Origin: a virus | Taxonomy: Duplodnaviria > Caudoviricetes | Virus record (IMG/VR): IMGVR_UViG_3300025653_000069 | Coordinates: 1 to 43,197 of that record | Length of the DNA stretch: 43,197 nt | Reading direction: 5' to 3' (one strand) | Translations under genes and position numbers: made by a program | The notes under the pieces: model-generated | What the model was told of the DNA's origin: nothing | Database searches by the model: none | Seen by the model: only the letters and a program-made list of their open reading frames with translations | In this document: one piece after another, positions 6,554 through 15,787 of the stretch | How positions within the stretch are numbered: position 1 is the first letter of the stretch | Layout: each line of letters starts with the position of its first letter

Positions 6554-6967
6554 ATGAATCTTTCAGATATCACAACCATCCGCGAGCAAGTCGCGGCTAT
6601 CGTCGAGCGCCTCAATGCTATGGAGGCCGAGTCTAAGGAGACCATCACTGCCGAAGTCTTCGAGCAGAAACTTCTTAATGTATTCAAGGCTGGCCTGATG
6701 CAAGGCCGCAAGGAGCAGTACGATGAAATCTACGACCACTTCCGGTACAACACGAAGTATGTCGACTTCTGCGCTGGCAACCTTAACATCTGCGGTGACA
6801 TCGACCTCGACGACTTTGGCATCACAGGTATGTGTGAGGACTGCTGCATGGAGGCTGAGTGGGGAGACTTCAACGTCGACATGGCTGCTGTTGACTCTGC
6901 TCTCAAGCTATTCAAGCCCGAAGAGCCCGCCACTGACGAGTCTAACAACGAAACCCCTGAGTCATGA
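6554..6967 (+). CDS. Acidic hypothetical protein
   Basis: ORF track; D/E-rich, with a Cys cluster. Confidence 0.8.
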   Translation: MNLSDITTIREQVAAIVERLNAMEAESKETITAEVFEQKLLNVFKAGLMQGRKEQYDEIYDHFRYNTKYVDFCAGNLNICGDIDLDDFGITGMCEDCCMEAEWGDFNVDMAAVDSALKLFKPEEPATDESNNETPES

Positions 6968-7239
6968 TTGATATTATGATCCAACCTTCAGAGCTCAAAG
7001 AAGCCAAGCGAGAAATCAAGGACATCATCCGTAGTTACAATCGCCGCAATCAGTATGACATGATTGAGCTTCGTGATTCTTATGGCAGGTTCATGCCGGA
7101 GCACTATTGGCTATATGTGATTAACAATCTCGACCGTACCGATGGCGAGTTCTTCATCCGCCTGGAGTTCGATGACGACCACAAGGTTGCGAGTGATATG
7201 GAGTCACACTTCGGTGAACGCAATGTTGGGCACATCTAA
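6964..7239 (+). CDS. Hypothetical protein
   Basis: ORF track; ATGA coupling. Confidence 0.75.
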   Translation: MIDIMIQPSELKEAKREIKDIIRSYNRRNQYDMIELRDSYGRFMPEHYWLYVINNLDRTDGEFFIRLEFDDDHKVASDMESHFGERNVGHI

Positions 7240-7249
7240 TACCTAAATC

Positions 7250-7579
7250 ATGACACAGATATTCCCACGCAAATGCTCTTTCACAGGTGAGGGCATGGAC
7301 TCGGGGTGGGTCGCCTATGACGGGGCGGCCTACTTCAAGTACGCTCATGACGCTGTCGCTTGGCTTATCTCAGAGGAGACGTGCTCGGGTGGAGTGCTCG
7401 ACCCCAAGAGCAATGAGGCCGACCGCATCGAGATGTACACCAACTACTCGACCGACGAGTGGCTTGAGTTCGGATTCAATCACGACATGTTGTATTGGAC
7501 GACATGGGAGATTGACCTGAACGTAGACAGCGAGTACTTTCTCGCTGACGGAACAGTAATCGAAGTAACTAAATCTTAA
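7250..7579 (+). CDS. Acidic hypothetical phage protein
   Basis: RKCSFTGEGMDSGW...YWTTW. Confidence 0.8.
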   Translation: MTQIFPRKCSFTGEGMDSGWVAYDGAAYFKYAHDAVAWLISEETCSGGVLDPKSNEADRIEMYTNYSTDEWLEFGFNHDMLYWTTWEIDLNVDSEYFLADGTVIEVTKS

Positions 7580-7582
7580 ATT

Positions 7583-8023
7583 ATGCTAAGAATAAAATCA
7601 GAACTCTTCGGCACCATCGAGTTGCCGATTGACAAAATCGAAGACGGGGACGAGTGGCACAGCCTCTCCAACCTCGTCGACATCAATGTCTTTGTTGACC
7701 ACGAAGACCGACAGGTTCGCGCCCTCTTCTATCCCGTATGGACTGACAAGGGGACAACCAATACCAATCATTGTCTCGAAGAATGTATCGGTGAAGCTGT
7801 CGACTTTGACTTCGACCCCTTCTATGTCGAGAACGCCACGAACGAGGAGCGGTGTGTCGAGTACTTCCGCAAGTTCGGGCTACAGGCACGGGTCTTCCGA
7901 GACAACGATGTCCTCTTGCATATTCCTGAATTCAACGGAGAAGTCTTGCTTCATCCGGAGGAGATTGAGACGAGAGCCAAGCTCTACGACGCGACCTCTG
8001 ATGACAGATACAAAAACCAATAA
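7583..8023 (+). CDS. Acidic hypothetical protein
   Basis: ORF track. Confidence 0.75.
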   Translation: MLRIKSELFGTIELPIDKIEDGDEWHSLSNLVDINVFVDHEDRQVRALFYPVWTDKGTTNTNHCLEECIGEAVDFDFDPFYVENATNEERCVEYFRKFGLQARVFRDNDVLLHIPEFNGEVLLHPEEIETRAKLYDATSDDRYKNQ

Positions 8024-8034
8024 CCTTAAACCCC

Positions 8035-8256
8035 ATGACAGACCTACAAGTGACAAGCGTCCGGTACTTTGAAACTCGTCGAGGTATCGGATATGAATGC
8101 CAAACAAACTTTTCCAATGTTGAGATTTGGAATGATGGCGATGGGGGCCCTACCTTTATTGCCCCCTCTCCTGAAGCAAAGAAACTAAAGCTTTACAAAC
8201 TCTCGGAAGAACACCTCGAATCTCTCATTGACAAATATGAAAGCGTAAACCAATGA
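8035..8256 (+). CDS. Hypothetical phage protein
   Basis: YFETRRGIGY...IWNDGDGGPT. Confidence 0.8.
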   Translation: MTDLQVTSVRYFETRRGIGYECQTNFSNVEIWNDGDGGPTFIAPSPEAKKLKLYKLSEEHLESLIDKYESVNQ

Positions 8257-8987
8257 ATATTAATTATACCACCAACCTCGACCAGTTCAGCTTTCACGAG
8301 CAGAACAGGTACGTAAATCGCGGAGCGGTACGCCGTCTCGCAGAGTCTATCAAGCGAGTCGGCTTGAAGGTGCCTATCACCGTCTCAAAGAAGAATGTTG
8401 TTCTCGATGGTCAGCACAGGGTAGAAGCTATCCGGCTCATCAACAAGACGGCCAAGAATCCTGTCAAGCTCTCCTACATTCAGAAAAACATGTCGATTGC
8501 TGACGTCGCAGAGATGAACGCACATCAGTTGGCTTGGAGAATGAGTGATTGGATTCATTACTATGCTACCGGAGGCAACGAGAACTACATCAGGTTGCGC
8601 GAAGCTGGAGAAAAGTTCAGGCCGCACAAGATGACTTCTATCTGCGCACTCCTCTCTGAGAACGAAGGTGCTCACACGAAGGTTGTCACAAGCGGCAAGT
8701 ATGTCTATGAGATGACGCCTGAGAAGGAGGAGATTCTCAAAAAGCTCATCGCTTACGGCAAGATGAACTCAGCGTTCACGAGCAAGGCTGTGCTCATGGC
8801 AATCGTGGACATGAGAAAACTTGATGGCTTCAACGTCAACAGATTGTTCCGTGCTTTGGATCAGAACTTCGAGAGCATCTTGAACCAGAGCGGCAAGGAT
8901 AATTGGGCACGACACTTCGTGCGTTTTTACAACAAAGGATTGCGGTCGGGTCGGTTGAATGCTGACGACCTCCCGAGCAGCCACTAA
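8253..8987 (+). CDS. ParB/Srx-like N-terminal domain (DGQHR) protein
   Basis: NR...LAESIKRVGLKVPITV...VLDGQHRVEA is a ParB-N/DGQHR signature. Confidence 0.8.
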   Translation: MNINYTTNLDQFSFHEQNRYVNRGAVRRLAESIKRVGLKVPITVSKKNVVLDGQHRVEAIRLINKTAKNPVKLSYIQKNMSIADVAEMNAHQLAWRMSDWIHYYATGGNENYIRLREAGEKFRPHKMTSICALLSENEGAHTKVVTSGKYVYEMTPEKEEILKKLIAYGKMNSAFTSKAVLMAIVDMRKLDGFNVNRLFRALDQNFESILNQSGKDNWARHFVRFYNKGLRSGRLNADDLPSSH

Positions 8988-8998
8988 AACTTTAAGCT

Positions 8999-9229
8999 AT
9001 GATTTGGAAAGAAAAAGAGTGGGTGTTCCACTATCAAGCCATGAATCTCAAGACGGGAGAAGTTCGCGAGTTCAACATTGGCAGTCAGGTTTGCAAGATG
9101 CCTCACGGCACAAAGCGATGGCGTCAACTTGAGGGCTTGGCTGACAAGCTGCGAGAGCAAGGTTCCTCATGGAGCGTCATGAACTACGGTGTACAACCCC
9201 TCGAAACATACAGCTATGACCCGGTATGA
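8999..9229 (+). CDS. Hypothetical protein
   Basis: ORF track. Confidence 0.7.
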   Translation: MIWKEKEWVFHYQAMNLKTGEVREFNIGSQVCKMPHGTKRWRQLEGLADKLREQGSSWSVMNYGVQPLETYSYDPV

Positions 9230-9479
9230 ATACACCATCGAGAAGCACACCGACGAGTTCGGAGATCACGAGATGGTTGCAATCTACCACTACCACGTAG
9301 GTGTCAAGTCTTCCGACCCTCACCTTGTCCCTGACGACGAGGACGAGGTGGAAGTCATTGACGTCGTTGTTCGCACTCCTCATTCACCGGATGTCTCGAT
9401 TGCTTGGAGCGACCTGTACTGCTTCATCCTGGACAAGTCGGACCTTGAGCTTGAGATTTACGAATCACATATTCCATAA
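9216..9479 (+). CDS. Acidic hypothetical protein
   Basis: ATG at 9216 (MTRYEY...); TAA abuts the palindrome. Confidence 0.75.
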   Translation: MTRYEYTIEKHTDEFGDHEMVAIYHYHVGVKSSDPHLVPDDEDEVEVIDVVVRTPHSPDVSIAWSDLYCFILDKSDLELEIYESHIP

Positions 9480-9495
9480 TTCTACTCAGGTAGAA
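9480..9495 (+). repeat. Palindrome copy 12 (TTCTACTCAGGTAGAA)
   Basis: Directly after TAA; 14 nt before the next ATG. Confidence 0.95.
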
Positions 9496-9509
9496 AAAAC
9501 CAAAAACCT

Positions 9510-10127
9510 ATGCCGATATACTTCAGCGTACACTGCCTTGACCGTGGGGACAAACCCACGCTCAAGCTGTGGCCTACCTACGGCCACGCACGAACTGACA
9601 TCCATCAATATGGAGAGAAGTACCACAACAAAGGGCTCAAGCAATGCTCTAAGGTTGTTCAGGACGGAGATCTCATCGGGCTGTCTTTCTTGAGTGATGA
9701 CATGAAGCAGAAGATGGTCATGAGTGTTCATCGCGTAGAAGAGCAGCTCTTCAGCGACAGGCGCAAAGAATACCTCTACCCTGAGTGGGTAACGTACAAC
9801 AGCCTTACTCACATGCTTCAGCCCCTGAATCAATACGTTGACGCTCGCATGCACCTTGCCGACTATGCGATGGCTACCAAGACTTACAACGAGTTCAACT
9901 GGCTATCTGACAAGTGGCATGAGCGGTTTGACAAGGCGTTCGATGCGTTGGAGGATGTGCAGGACGAAGTCGTCCCGGCCTTCAACATCGAGCTTGATAA
10001 GGGCACAGCTACTTACTGGAAGATAGCTAAGCACAACTTGTATGGCACGCTCGTTCGTCGCGACCTGCTTCAGTCTTACAGGCATCGCAACGACATGGGT
10101 GACTACATTCAACACGATCTGATATGA
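9510..10127 (+). CDS. Hypothetical protein
   Basis: ORF track, 205 aa. Confidence 0.8.
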   Translation: MPIYFSVHCLDRGDKPTLKLWPTYGHARTDIHQYGEKYHNKGLKQCSKVVQDGDLIGLSFLSDDMKQKMVMSVHRVEEQLFSDRRKEYLYPEWVTYNSLTHMLQPLNQYVDARMHLADYAMATKTYNEFNWLSDKWHERFDKAFDALEDVQDEVVPAFNIELDKGTATYWKIAKHNLYGTLVRRDLLQSYRHRNDMGDYIQHDLI

Positions 10128-10492
10128 AGATGATAGACGTAGTTGTTTTCCTGTGGCAGTGCGCATTTGTTTGCATAATCATTGGTCTAATCAAGCGCAG
10201 GTACGACAAGATGACCCCGATGCCTATACCCCCCAAACTCATGAACCTCAAGTACGCCATTGAAGATGGCAAGCCGGCACGCAAGTTTTGGGACACGCTC
10301 CGAGCTGAGCCTATGTTTGATGAACACTACAGGCAGGTGCCTGGACGACTCTCGTGTACTGTCTTGCCCCTTCACGTGAATGGTGAAGATGTATGGCAGC
10401 TTCGCGTAGGGTTTAAGACTACCGCAGACTCAAAACCAACAAAATTTATCTCAATTCCCGTATACAAAAACGGGCAAATTTATGACTTATGA
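10124..10492 (+). CDS. Hypothetical protein with an N-terminal TM segment
   Basis: ATGA coupling at both ends. Confidence 0.65.
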   Translation: MKMIDVVVFLWQCAFVCIIIGLIKRRYDKMTPMPIPPKLMNLKYAIEDGKPARKFWDTLRAEPMFDEHYRQVPGRLSCTVLPLHVNGEDVWQLRVGFKTTADSKPTKFISIPVYKNGQIYDL

Positions 10493-10881
10493 AAAAGCGT
10501 AGATATCAAAAGTTTACGGAAGCCGAGGTTCAGACCCTCATCCATCTCAGCAAGCAGGGCTACAACAATGACTTCATTGCCAAGGTCCTCAAGCGAAAGC
10601 CTTCTCAGGTCGCTCAGAAGAAGTGGGGCCTGGGTGTCAAGCAAGACCTATCGCAGCGCACAGAGCCTCGCGTGAAGCGTAAGGGTCGGTGGTCAGCAAG
10701 AGAGATTCTCATCCTTAACCATATGTGGTACAAGAAAAACCGCCCTGTTGACGAGATTGTCTCTGAGCTTGGGCGCTCTGAGAAATCAATCCTCTCAAAG
10801 ATTGAGCAACTCGATCAGAAGGGAGGCGAAGCCAACGTGACGGGGCTTTGGCAGTACATGTGCAAAAAAATCGGAATCTAA
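10489..10881 (+). CDS. Putative DNA-binding protein with two HTH/Myb-like repeats
   Basis: FTEAEVQTL...IAKVLKRKPSQV and WSAREILIL...IVSELGRSEKSI. Confidence 0.7.
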   Translation: MKKRRYQKFTEAEVQTLIHLSKQGYNNDFIAKVLKRKPSQVAQKKWGLGVKQDLSQRTEPRVKRKGRWSAREILILNHMWYKKNRPVDEIVSELGRSEKSILSKIEQLDQKGGEANVTGLWQYMCKKIGI

Positions 10882-11252
10882 TGAGCTGGGATAAAGAAGT
10901 ATTCAAGTGGATCAAGAGGTCGGGAGCTGAGTCACTCAGCCTCGACACCACCTACAAGCACCACAGAGAAATGGCGCTATCTATATGGACCGTACACAAG
11001 CACTTGTTCTTCATGCGCAAGTTTTGTGGTCACAACACAGACCTCTACAGGGAGCACATGCTCAAGTGTCAGAACGCCCTGGCTCGTATAGAGTTCTTGT
11101 GTGCCCTGCATGGGAACGATACACACGCTCCCCATCTTTCTCGAATGTTTATCCAAATGTCCAACAACAATGTGGTACCTGATAATCTTGTTGCTCCTCG
11201 CGTTAATCGTGTATACAAACTACGAGAAACTCCAAGAGGGAAGGGCACATGA
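10881..11252 (+). CDS. Hypothetical protein
   Basis: ATG at 10881 (TAATG coupling). Confidence 0.65.
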   Translation: MSWDKEVFKWIKRSGAESLSLDTTYKHHREMALSIWTVHKHLFFMRKFCGHNTDLYREHMLKCQNALARIEFLCALHGNDTHAPHLSRMFIQMSNNNVVPDNLVAPRVNRVYKLRETPRGKGT

Positions 11253-11505
11253 CAACATCCCTATCGAGCTCAAGTGCGACAGCGACATGATCAATATGGG
11301 TGTAATCCCTGAGAGCTTGACGTGGGTTATACCTGTCGACTATGAGTTGCGTGAGGACTACAAGATGTGGTCACGAATTGAGCCTATCTTTATCGAGGGC
11401 CATTACCGACCTCTTTGGGGGTTGATAATTTCCCTGAAAGATACTTGGATGGTTTCGGAGACTCGTGTACTTTACGACCTCGAAGGAAACATCTACGAAC
11501 ACTAA
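11170..11505 (+). CDS. Hypothetical membrane-anchored protein
   Basis: MWYLIILLLLALIVY N-terminal anchor; overlaps the previous ORF by 83 nt. Confidence 0.6.
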   Translation: MWYLIILLLLALIVYTNYEKLQEGRAHDNIPIELKCDSDMINMGVIPESLTWVIPVDYELREDYKMWSRIEPIFIEGHYRPLWGLIISLKDTWMVSETRVLYDLEGNIYEH

Positions 11506-11515
11506 CACCATAATC

Positions 11516-11689
11516 ATGGAAGAAGCAAATTTTTTTCTCGATCACTGGATTGAGTTGACCATCGGTCTCATGGCCTTTGTGAAAATTATTGTTAATCTGA
11601 CGCCAACCGAGACTGACAATCAGATCTTCGGCTATCTCGATGTCTTGATTACAGCTATCACTGGCGATCGTCGCAAGGGTAAGAAGTGA
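11516..11689 (+). CDS. Small membrane protein, holin-like
   Basis: WIELTIGLMAFVKIIVNLTPTETDN...; basic C-terminus. Confidence 0.55.
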   Translation: MEEANFFLDHWIELTIGLMAFVKIIVNLTPTETDNQIFGYLDVLITAITGDRRKGKK

Positions 11690-11952
11690 CAACTGCTGAA
11701 ATCACGAGCATTGCGTTAGAATTAGGTGCTCGGGCTCTGGCTATAGAAATATGGCTGGAGTCCGACCCTGATGCTCCAGAAGTTAGAATCCAAGCAGCGA
11801 GGGAAAACCGAATCGTCATGCTCCGAGCTGAAAAGGCCATTCACCAACTTCTGAAGAGACAGGACCACATGAGCGCCTACATTTGGCAGAACAAGAAAGA
11901 AGTCGACTACACGCGCTCACTAATTCAAGACATCATCAAGTATGAACGATAG
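11686..11952 (+). CDS. Hypothetical protein
   Basis: GTGA coupling. Confidence 0.65.
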   Translation: MTTAEITSIALELGARALAIEIWLESDPDAPEVRIQAARENRIVMLRAEKAIHQLLKRQDHMSAYIWQNKKEVDYTRSLIQDIIKYER

Positions 11953-12364
11953 CACAAAGGCACGCTTTCGGGAGCTCACAGAGAAGTATGGACTCAACAA
12001 GGACGACTTCTTTAAGGCACCCCAGGGCTTCGTAATTATTACTCGAACCGGAATCGAAAAGATTCAGCGGGGGCTTGGGCTGATTGTCCAGTACGAAGTA
12101 GAAACCGCTCTCTGCAATGTGGAGAAGGGCAACTACGTCATCAAGGCAATCGCCATTCAACTTGGCAAAGAGGTGAACGTGAAGACGGGAAAGATGGAGG
12201 AGACGCAACGCCTCGTCGAGACATATGGAGAAGCCTCTCCTAAAAACTGCCGAAACTCCTATCCCGTAGCTATGGCCGAGAAGAGGGCGCTCTCACGCGC
12301 TGTCCTCAAGAGCGCTGACCTTTACGAGCTTGGAGTATATGGCGAAGACGAGATCGAGCAATGA
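11942..12364 (+). CDS. Putative ssDNA-annealing protein (Rad52/Sak-like)
   Basis: IITRTGIEKI...YGEASPKN...AMAEKRALSRAVLK...YGEDE; lies near the SSB gene. Confidence 0.5.
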   Translation: MNDSTKARFRELTEKYGLNKDDFFKAPQGFVIITRTGIEKIQRGLGLIVQYEVETALCNVEKGNYVIKAIAIQLGKEVNVKTGKMEETQRLVETYGEASPKNCRNSYPVAMAEKRALSRAVLKSADLYELGVYGEDEIEQ

Positions 12365-12480
12365 TTCTAAAGATTTTCACGTATGCGTGTATTGCCTGGA
12401 CCGCCTATCTTGTGATGGGATTTGTCTATGGATTTCTCAAGGCGATGTGGAAAGACCTAAAGAATAACGGGTATGTCTGA
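12361..12480 (+). CDS. 39-aa membrane peptide
   Basis: MILKIFTYACIAWTAYLVMGFVYGFLKAMW...; fills the gap with coupling. Confidence 0.55.
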   Translation: MILKIFTYACIAWTAYLVMGFVYGFLKAMWKDLKNNGYV

Positions 12481-12763
12481 TTGGATTGACGAGCTGTTCG
12501 AGTGCGGACCTGAGAACGATTACAGCAATGTATATCAGAACTCTCGACGATTTGCTGTGAGCCTGTGCAGGACAAGCACCCTGGACAAGCACGAGCAAGA
12601 TGAACTCATCGACACACTTCTCGATTTCGACATCGAGATGACGAGTCAGGAGATTCAGGACGTCATCACTAACTTACAACTAAACCAGCTCGACCCCATG
12701 CAGTTCTATGCCCCAAGCAAGAAGGAAATTAACGAGTTCATCAAGAAAATCACCAAAGAGTAA
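12473..12763 (+). CDS. Hypothetical protein
   Basis: ORF track. Confidence 0.75.
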   Translation: MSDWIDELFECGPENDYSNVYQNSRRFAVSLCRTSTLDKHEQDELIDTLLDFDIEMTSQEIQDVITNLQLNQLDPMQFYAPSKKEINEFIKKITKE

Positions 12764-13068
12764 TGTCAGACACCAACCACATTCCATCGGCCATCTCGGT
12801 CTCTATCAACCTCGATAAGATCGACAAGGGCCACATCGTAAAAGGCGAGAAGGGACGGTACATCAACGTCCGCCTCGTCAACACACCGACAAGTCCATAT
12901 GGGCACGACTACTTCGTCGCTCAGGACATCCCCAAAGAACTGCGAGAGCAGGGACTACGCGGCCCCATCTTGGGCAACGGAAAGGCTTGGGGCATCGGTG
13001 AAGGATCCCAGGCTCAGAAGGAGTCTCGTCCCGAGTCTGTAGGCTCGAATGACGATCTCCCATTCTGA
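12763..13068 (+). CDS. Single-stranded DNA-binding protein
   Basis: Beta-rich body and acidic C-terminal tip DDLPF. Confidence 0.7.
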   Translation: MSDTNHIPSAISVSINLDKIDKGHIVKGEKGRYINVRLVNTPTSPYGHDYFVAQDIPKELREQGLRGPILGNGKAWGIGEGSQAQKESRPESVGSNDDLPF

Positions 13069-13088
13069 ATGGGTTTTTGGTTAAACAG

Positions 13089-13116
13089 GGGTCGGCTGCG
13101 AGGTCGGCCCTTTTTT
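13089..13116 (+). terminator. Intrinsic terminator
   Basis: GGGTCGGCT-GCGA-GGTCGGCCC-TTTTTT after the SSB gene. Confidence 0.8.
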
Positions 13117-13124
13117 ATTTCGAC

Positions 13125-13514
13125 ATGAAGAAACAAGCAATCATCAAACTTCTCACGGACTTCAAGGAGTCCATCGACACATACTTCAACGCCGAGGGTG
13201 ATGCGCAGGGGCGCAGCGATGCCGACGCGGTGTACGACATTTTCAAGACTCATGTCGACTACTACACTGTCTACAAGGAGTCAGACGACTTCGAGAGCTA
13301 CGAAAATCCCCCTGGAATCACCGACATCGACGACGAGGGTCTCAACGTGAGCTACGACTACGGTTCAGTTTTCCACAATGGCATGTTGGAAAAGTTTGAC
13401 CCACTGTCTCGCATAGAACTACTTGAAGGCTGTATCTATGCTCTGAACAACAAGCTCAATGAGTTAGAGCTTGATTACAAGAAACGCCTTCATGAAAACA
13501 GGAACAACAGTTGA
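13125..13514 (+). CDS. Acidic hypothetical protein
   Basis: ATG at 13125 (MKKQAII...). Confidence 0.7.
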   Translation: MKKQAIIKLLTDFKESIDTYFNAEGDAQGRSDADAVYDIFKTHVDYYTVYKESDDFESYENPPGITDIDDEGLNVSYDYGSVFHNGMLEKFDPLSRIELLEGCIYALNNKLNELELDYKKRLHENRNNS

Positions 13515-14958
13515 CGCCAGCGTACAATCCCTTTGTGCAGTTGCCGAAAATGTTGTAACTCCTGAGAAAATCAGCGAGATCGTAGAAGTGCCCTACGATC
13601 CTGATAAGTGCAGCGCCAAGAGTGCTGCGGCTATGCTCGGTATAGCCATCCCCTCTCTGAGCCAAGCTTGTGGGACCCCGGTATTAGATATCGGTGGTCT
13701 CACAAGTATTTGGGTCGGCACACACTACGAGCCCATTTCTGACGCGCAGAAGAGCAAAATCGTAAAGGGTTTTGCCCAAGGCGCAGGACTGCTCAAGCCC
13801 TCGATTCTCACGAGCGATTTCACTCGGGAATTCGAGAGGTCTTTCTCCTCAAGCGCGAAACCTGATGCGGTATTTGGTTACGGATGTGGCTTGAGGGGCA
13901 TAAATTTTATGGATGGTGTCCTTACCATCAAAGGAAGTAGGGAAGTTTTTCGTCCGGGTCACAAGCCTGAAGACCTCACAACCTACTGCATCCCTGCTGA
14001 ATGGAAGCAGGGGCATAGGTCTGATGTGTGGGATGGCTTTATGGTTGAGGCCATACCCGACGAAAGCAGTCGGCAATACGTTCTCGCAATGTTCGCGAAT
14101 GCTATTGCTGGCGATCCCTTCAATGCACAGAAAATCCTGCTGCTCATTGGTGCGGCAGGTGCAGGAAAGAGTACGATGATCGAAGCTATCGCAGGGTGTA
14201 TAGGCTTCCAAAACGTCATGCGTACTGACAACCTTGCTCAGATCACCAAAGACGACAGCCGACACAGAATGAAGCTGGCTCACGCCACGCTGTGCGTAAG
14301 CGCTGACGCAAGCGAAAAGATTGGTGACAAGGACGCTCTCAAGATGATCGTCTCGAAGGAGCCTATCATCGCAAGAAAGCTTTACAGCGAGCCCGTGGAG
14401 ATTAGACCACGCGCCAGCCTTGTGGTGGCCTCGAATGAGATGGGGCTCAGCTACGTACTCAGTGACCCGGGTGTAGCTCGTCGTTTCGACATCGTAAACT
14501 TTAGGACAGCCAAGGACCTGAAAAAGAGGGACATCAAGCTTCATGAAAAGCTGGCGACAGACGAGGCACGAGGAGGCATAGGCATCAGCCTTGGCCTTGC
14601 TCTGCTTGCCGAAGCGAGACGAGGAGATGGGAAGCTGGAGCGACCCGAAGTCATCGAGAAAGAATTGCAGCGCTTGAAAGTTGAGGGTGATCCATTCCTT
14701 AGCTGGATGGAGAACACAGGTCTCTCGACCGATCCTGCACATCACAATACTGTGGTGGCTCATCAGGACGACCTTCACGACAGCTTCAAGACCTACTGCG
14801 CCAACCACGGATATAACACATGGTCGATTCGCAGGTTCAAAGGTCGATTGCGAGCGCTTAACTTGAACGAGAATGGTTGTCACGGTGGAAAGCATAGCTA
14901 CACCTTCTACGTCAAGGACCTGAAGTTATTGACATTGCGTCGTTCATTAAACATGTGA
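13492..14958 (+). CDS. SF3 helicase (D5/P4-primase C-terminal type)
   Basis: D5_N-like INFMDGVL; Walker A GAAGAGKST; motif C VVASN; arginine finger ARRF; C-terminal winged-helix-like region. Confidence 0.85.
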   Translation: MKTGTTVDASVQSLCAVAENVVTPEKISEIVEVPYDPDKCSAKSAAAMLGIAIPSLSQACGTPVLDIGGLTSIWVGTHYEPISDAQKSKIVKGFAQGAGLLKPSILTSDFTREFERSFSSSAKPDAVFGYGCGLRGINFMDGVLTIKGSREVFRPGHKPEDLTTYCIPAEWKQGHRSDVWDGFMVEAIPDESSRQYVLAMFANAIAGDPFNAQKILLLIGAAGAGKSTMIEAIAGCIGFQNVMRTDNLAQITKDDSRHRMKLAHATLCVSADASEKIGDKDALKMIVSKEPIIARKLYSEPVEIRPRASLVVASNEMGLSYVLSDPGVARRFDIVNFRTAKDLKKRDIKLHEKLATDEARGGIGISLGLALLAEARRGDGKLERPEVIEKELQRLKVEGDPFLSWMENTGLSTDPAHHNTVVAHQDDLHDSFKTYCANHGYNTWSIRRFKGRLRALNLNENGCHGGKHSYTFYVKDLKLLTLRRSLNM

Positions 14959-15011
14959 GGATATCGTCGTGCTCACAAAGTCGACATATAAATTGAGGCA
15001 AGAAACAAGTT

Positions 15012-15248
15012 TTGCGCCTACAAGTAAGAATACTGCTCGACCTCGACGAATATATGATCGAGGAACAAGAGGTGATGGACCTCTCAACTGCTTTAGCAGA
15101 CGCATATCCGGACGATGGAAGGTTTGTGGCCTCATTTGGCTTTTTGACCTACACTATCAAGAGACAAGGGGAGATGTGCGTTGTGGAAGTGACGGAAGGA
15201 TACGGGTATCATTCGGCTTGGGGAGGTGTAGACGGTAATTTTTGCTGA
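15012..15248 (+). CDS. Hypothetical protein
   Basis: TTG start uncertain; TGATG coupling to the next gene. Confidence 0.55.
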   Translation: MRLQVRILLDLDEYMIEEQEVMDLSTALADAYPDDGRFVASFGFLTYTIKRQGEMCVVEVTEGYGYHSAWGGVDGNFC

Positions 15249-15787
15249 TGAGAAAGCGCCTCGATAGTTGTCATTTTTTTACTGCTGAAGAAGCCGAAGA
15301 GCTGGTCCAGGAGTATGTGAACCTGTTTGTGGAAGACGGAGAGTGGTTTGCTCGTGCTGAGGGAGCCGCAATTCAGTACTACCTCAGTGAGTTCATGTAC
15401 CTGCCATGCAGCCTGATTGGAGACATCTTTGATCGTCGCCCCTGGCACGTAAATCAAACCCTTCAGAGGCTCAAAGAAGCCGCGAGCGAAATGCGGACGC
15501 CCGTGACCATGAACGAGAGCTATAGAGACACCATTGAGCGTCTTGACGACATCTCAAGAGCTCATTTTGGAGCGCGCAATGTAGAGCTTTGTACGGTGCA
15601 GGATGAGAAGGAGAGGGCATGGCTCTTGTGGTCCGCTCAGAAGGCGTGTGGATGGTTTGACGACAACGTCAACGAGCCCGAGCAAACCGAAATTATTGAT
15701 GACCTGTTGAGGTCGCTGGGATTGCCGGCAGGAGGGTGGATGAGAGAGGTCATTCTTGAAAATTACAGAGTCGACTATCATGGCTGA
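15248..15787 (+). CDS. Hypothetical protein, possible HTH
   Basis: LPCSLIGDIFDRRPWHVNQTL segment; coupled. Confidence 0.65.
   Translation: MRKRLDSCHFFTAEEAEELVQEYVNLFVEDGEWFARAEGAAIQYYLSEFMYLPCSLIGDIFDRRPWHVNQTLQRLKEAASEMRTPVTMNESYRDTIERLDDISRAHFGARNVELCTVQDEKERAWLLWSAQKACGWFDDNVNEPEQTEIIDDLLRSLGLPAGGWMREVILENYRVDYHG

Noticed and set aside
1641-9498. CRISPR array interpretation of the Cas12a-like repeats
   Set aside because: The intervening sequences are irregular, mostly hundreds to thousands of bp, and are whole genes rather than 25-40 nt spacers; no cas genes are present
13849-14895. 348-aa antisense ORF within the helicase gene
   Set aside because: Shadow frame of a well-supported gene, with no motifs; the same applies to the many other antisense ORFs in the track
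14969-15238. Alternative-frame ORF after the helicase
   Set aside because: The overlapping 15012-15248 frame has more protein-like composition and couples to the next gene
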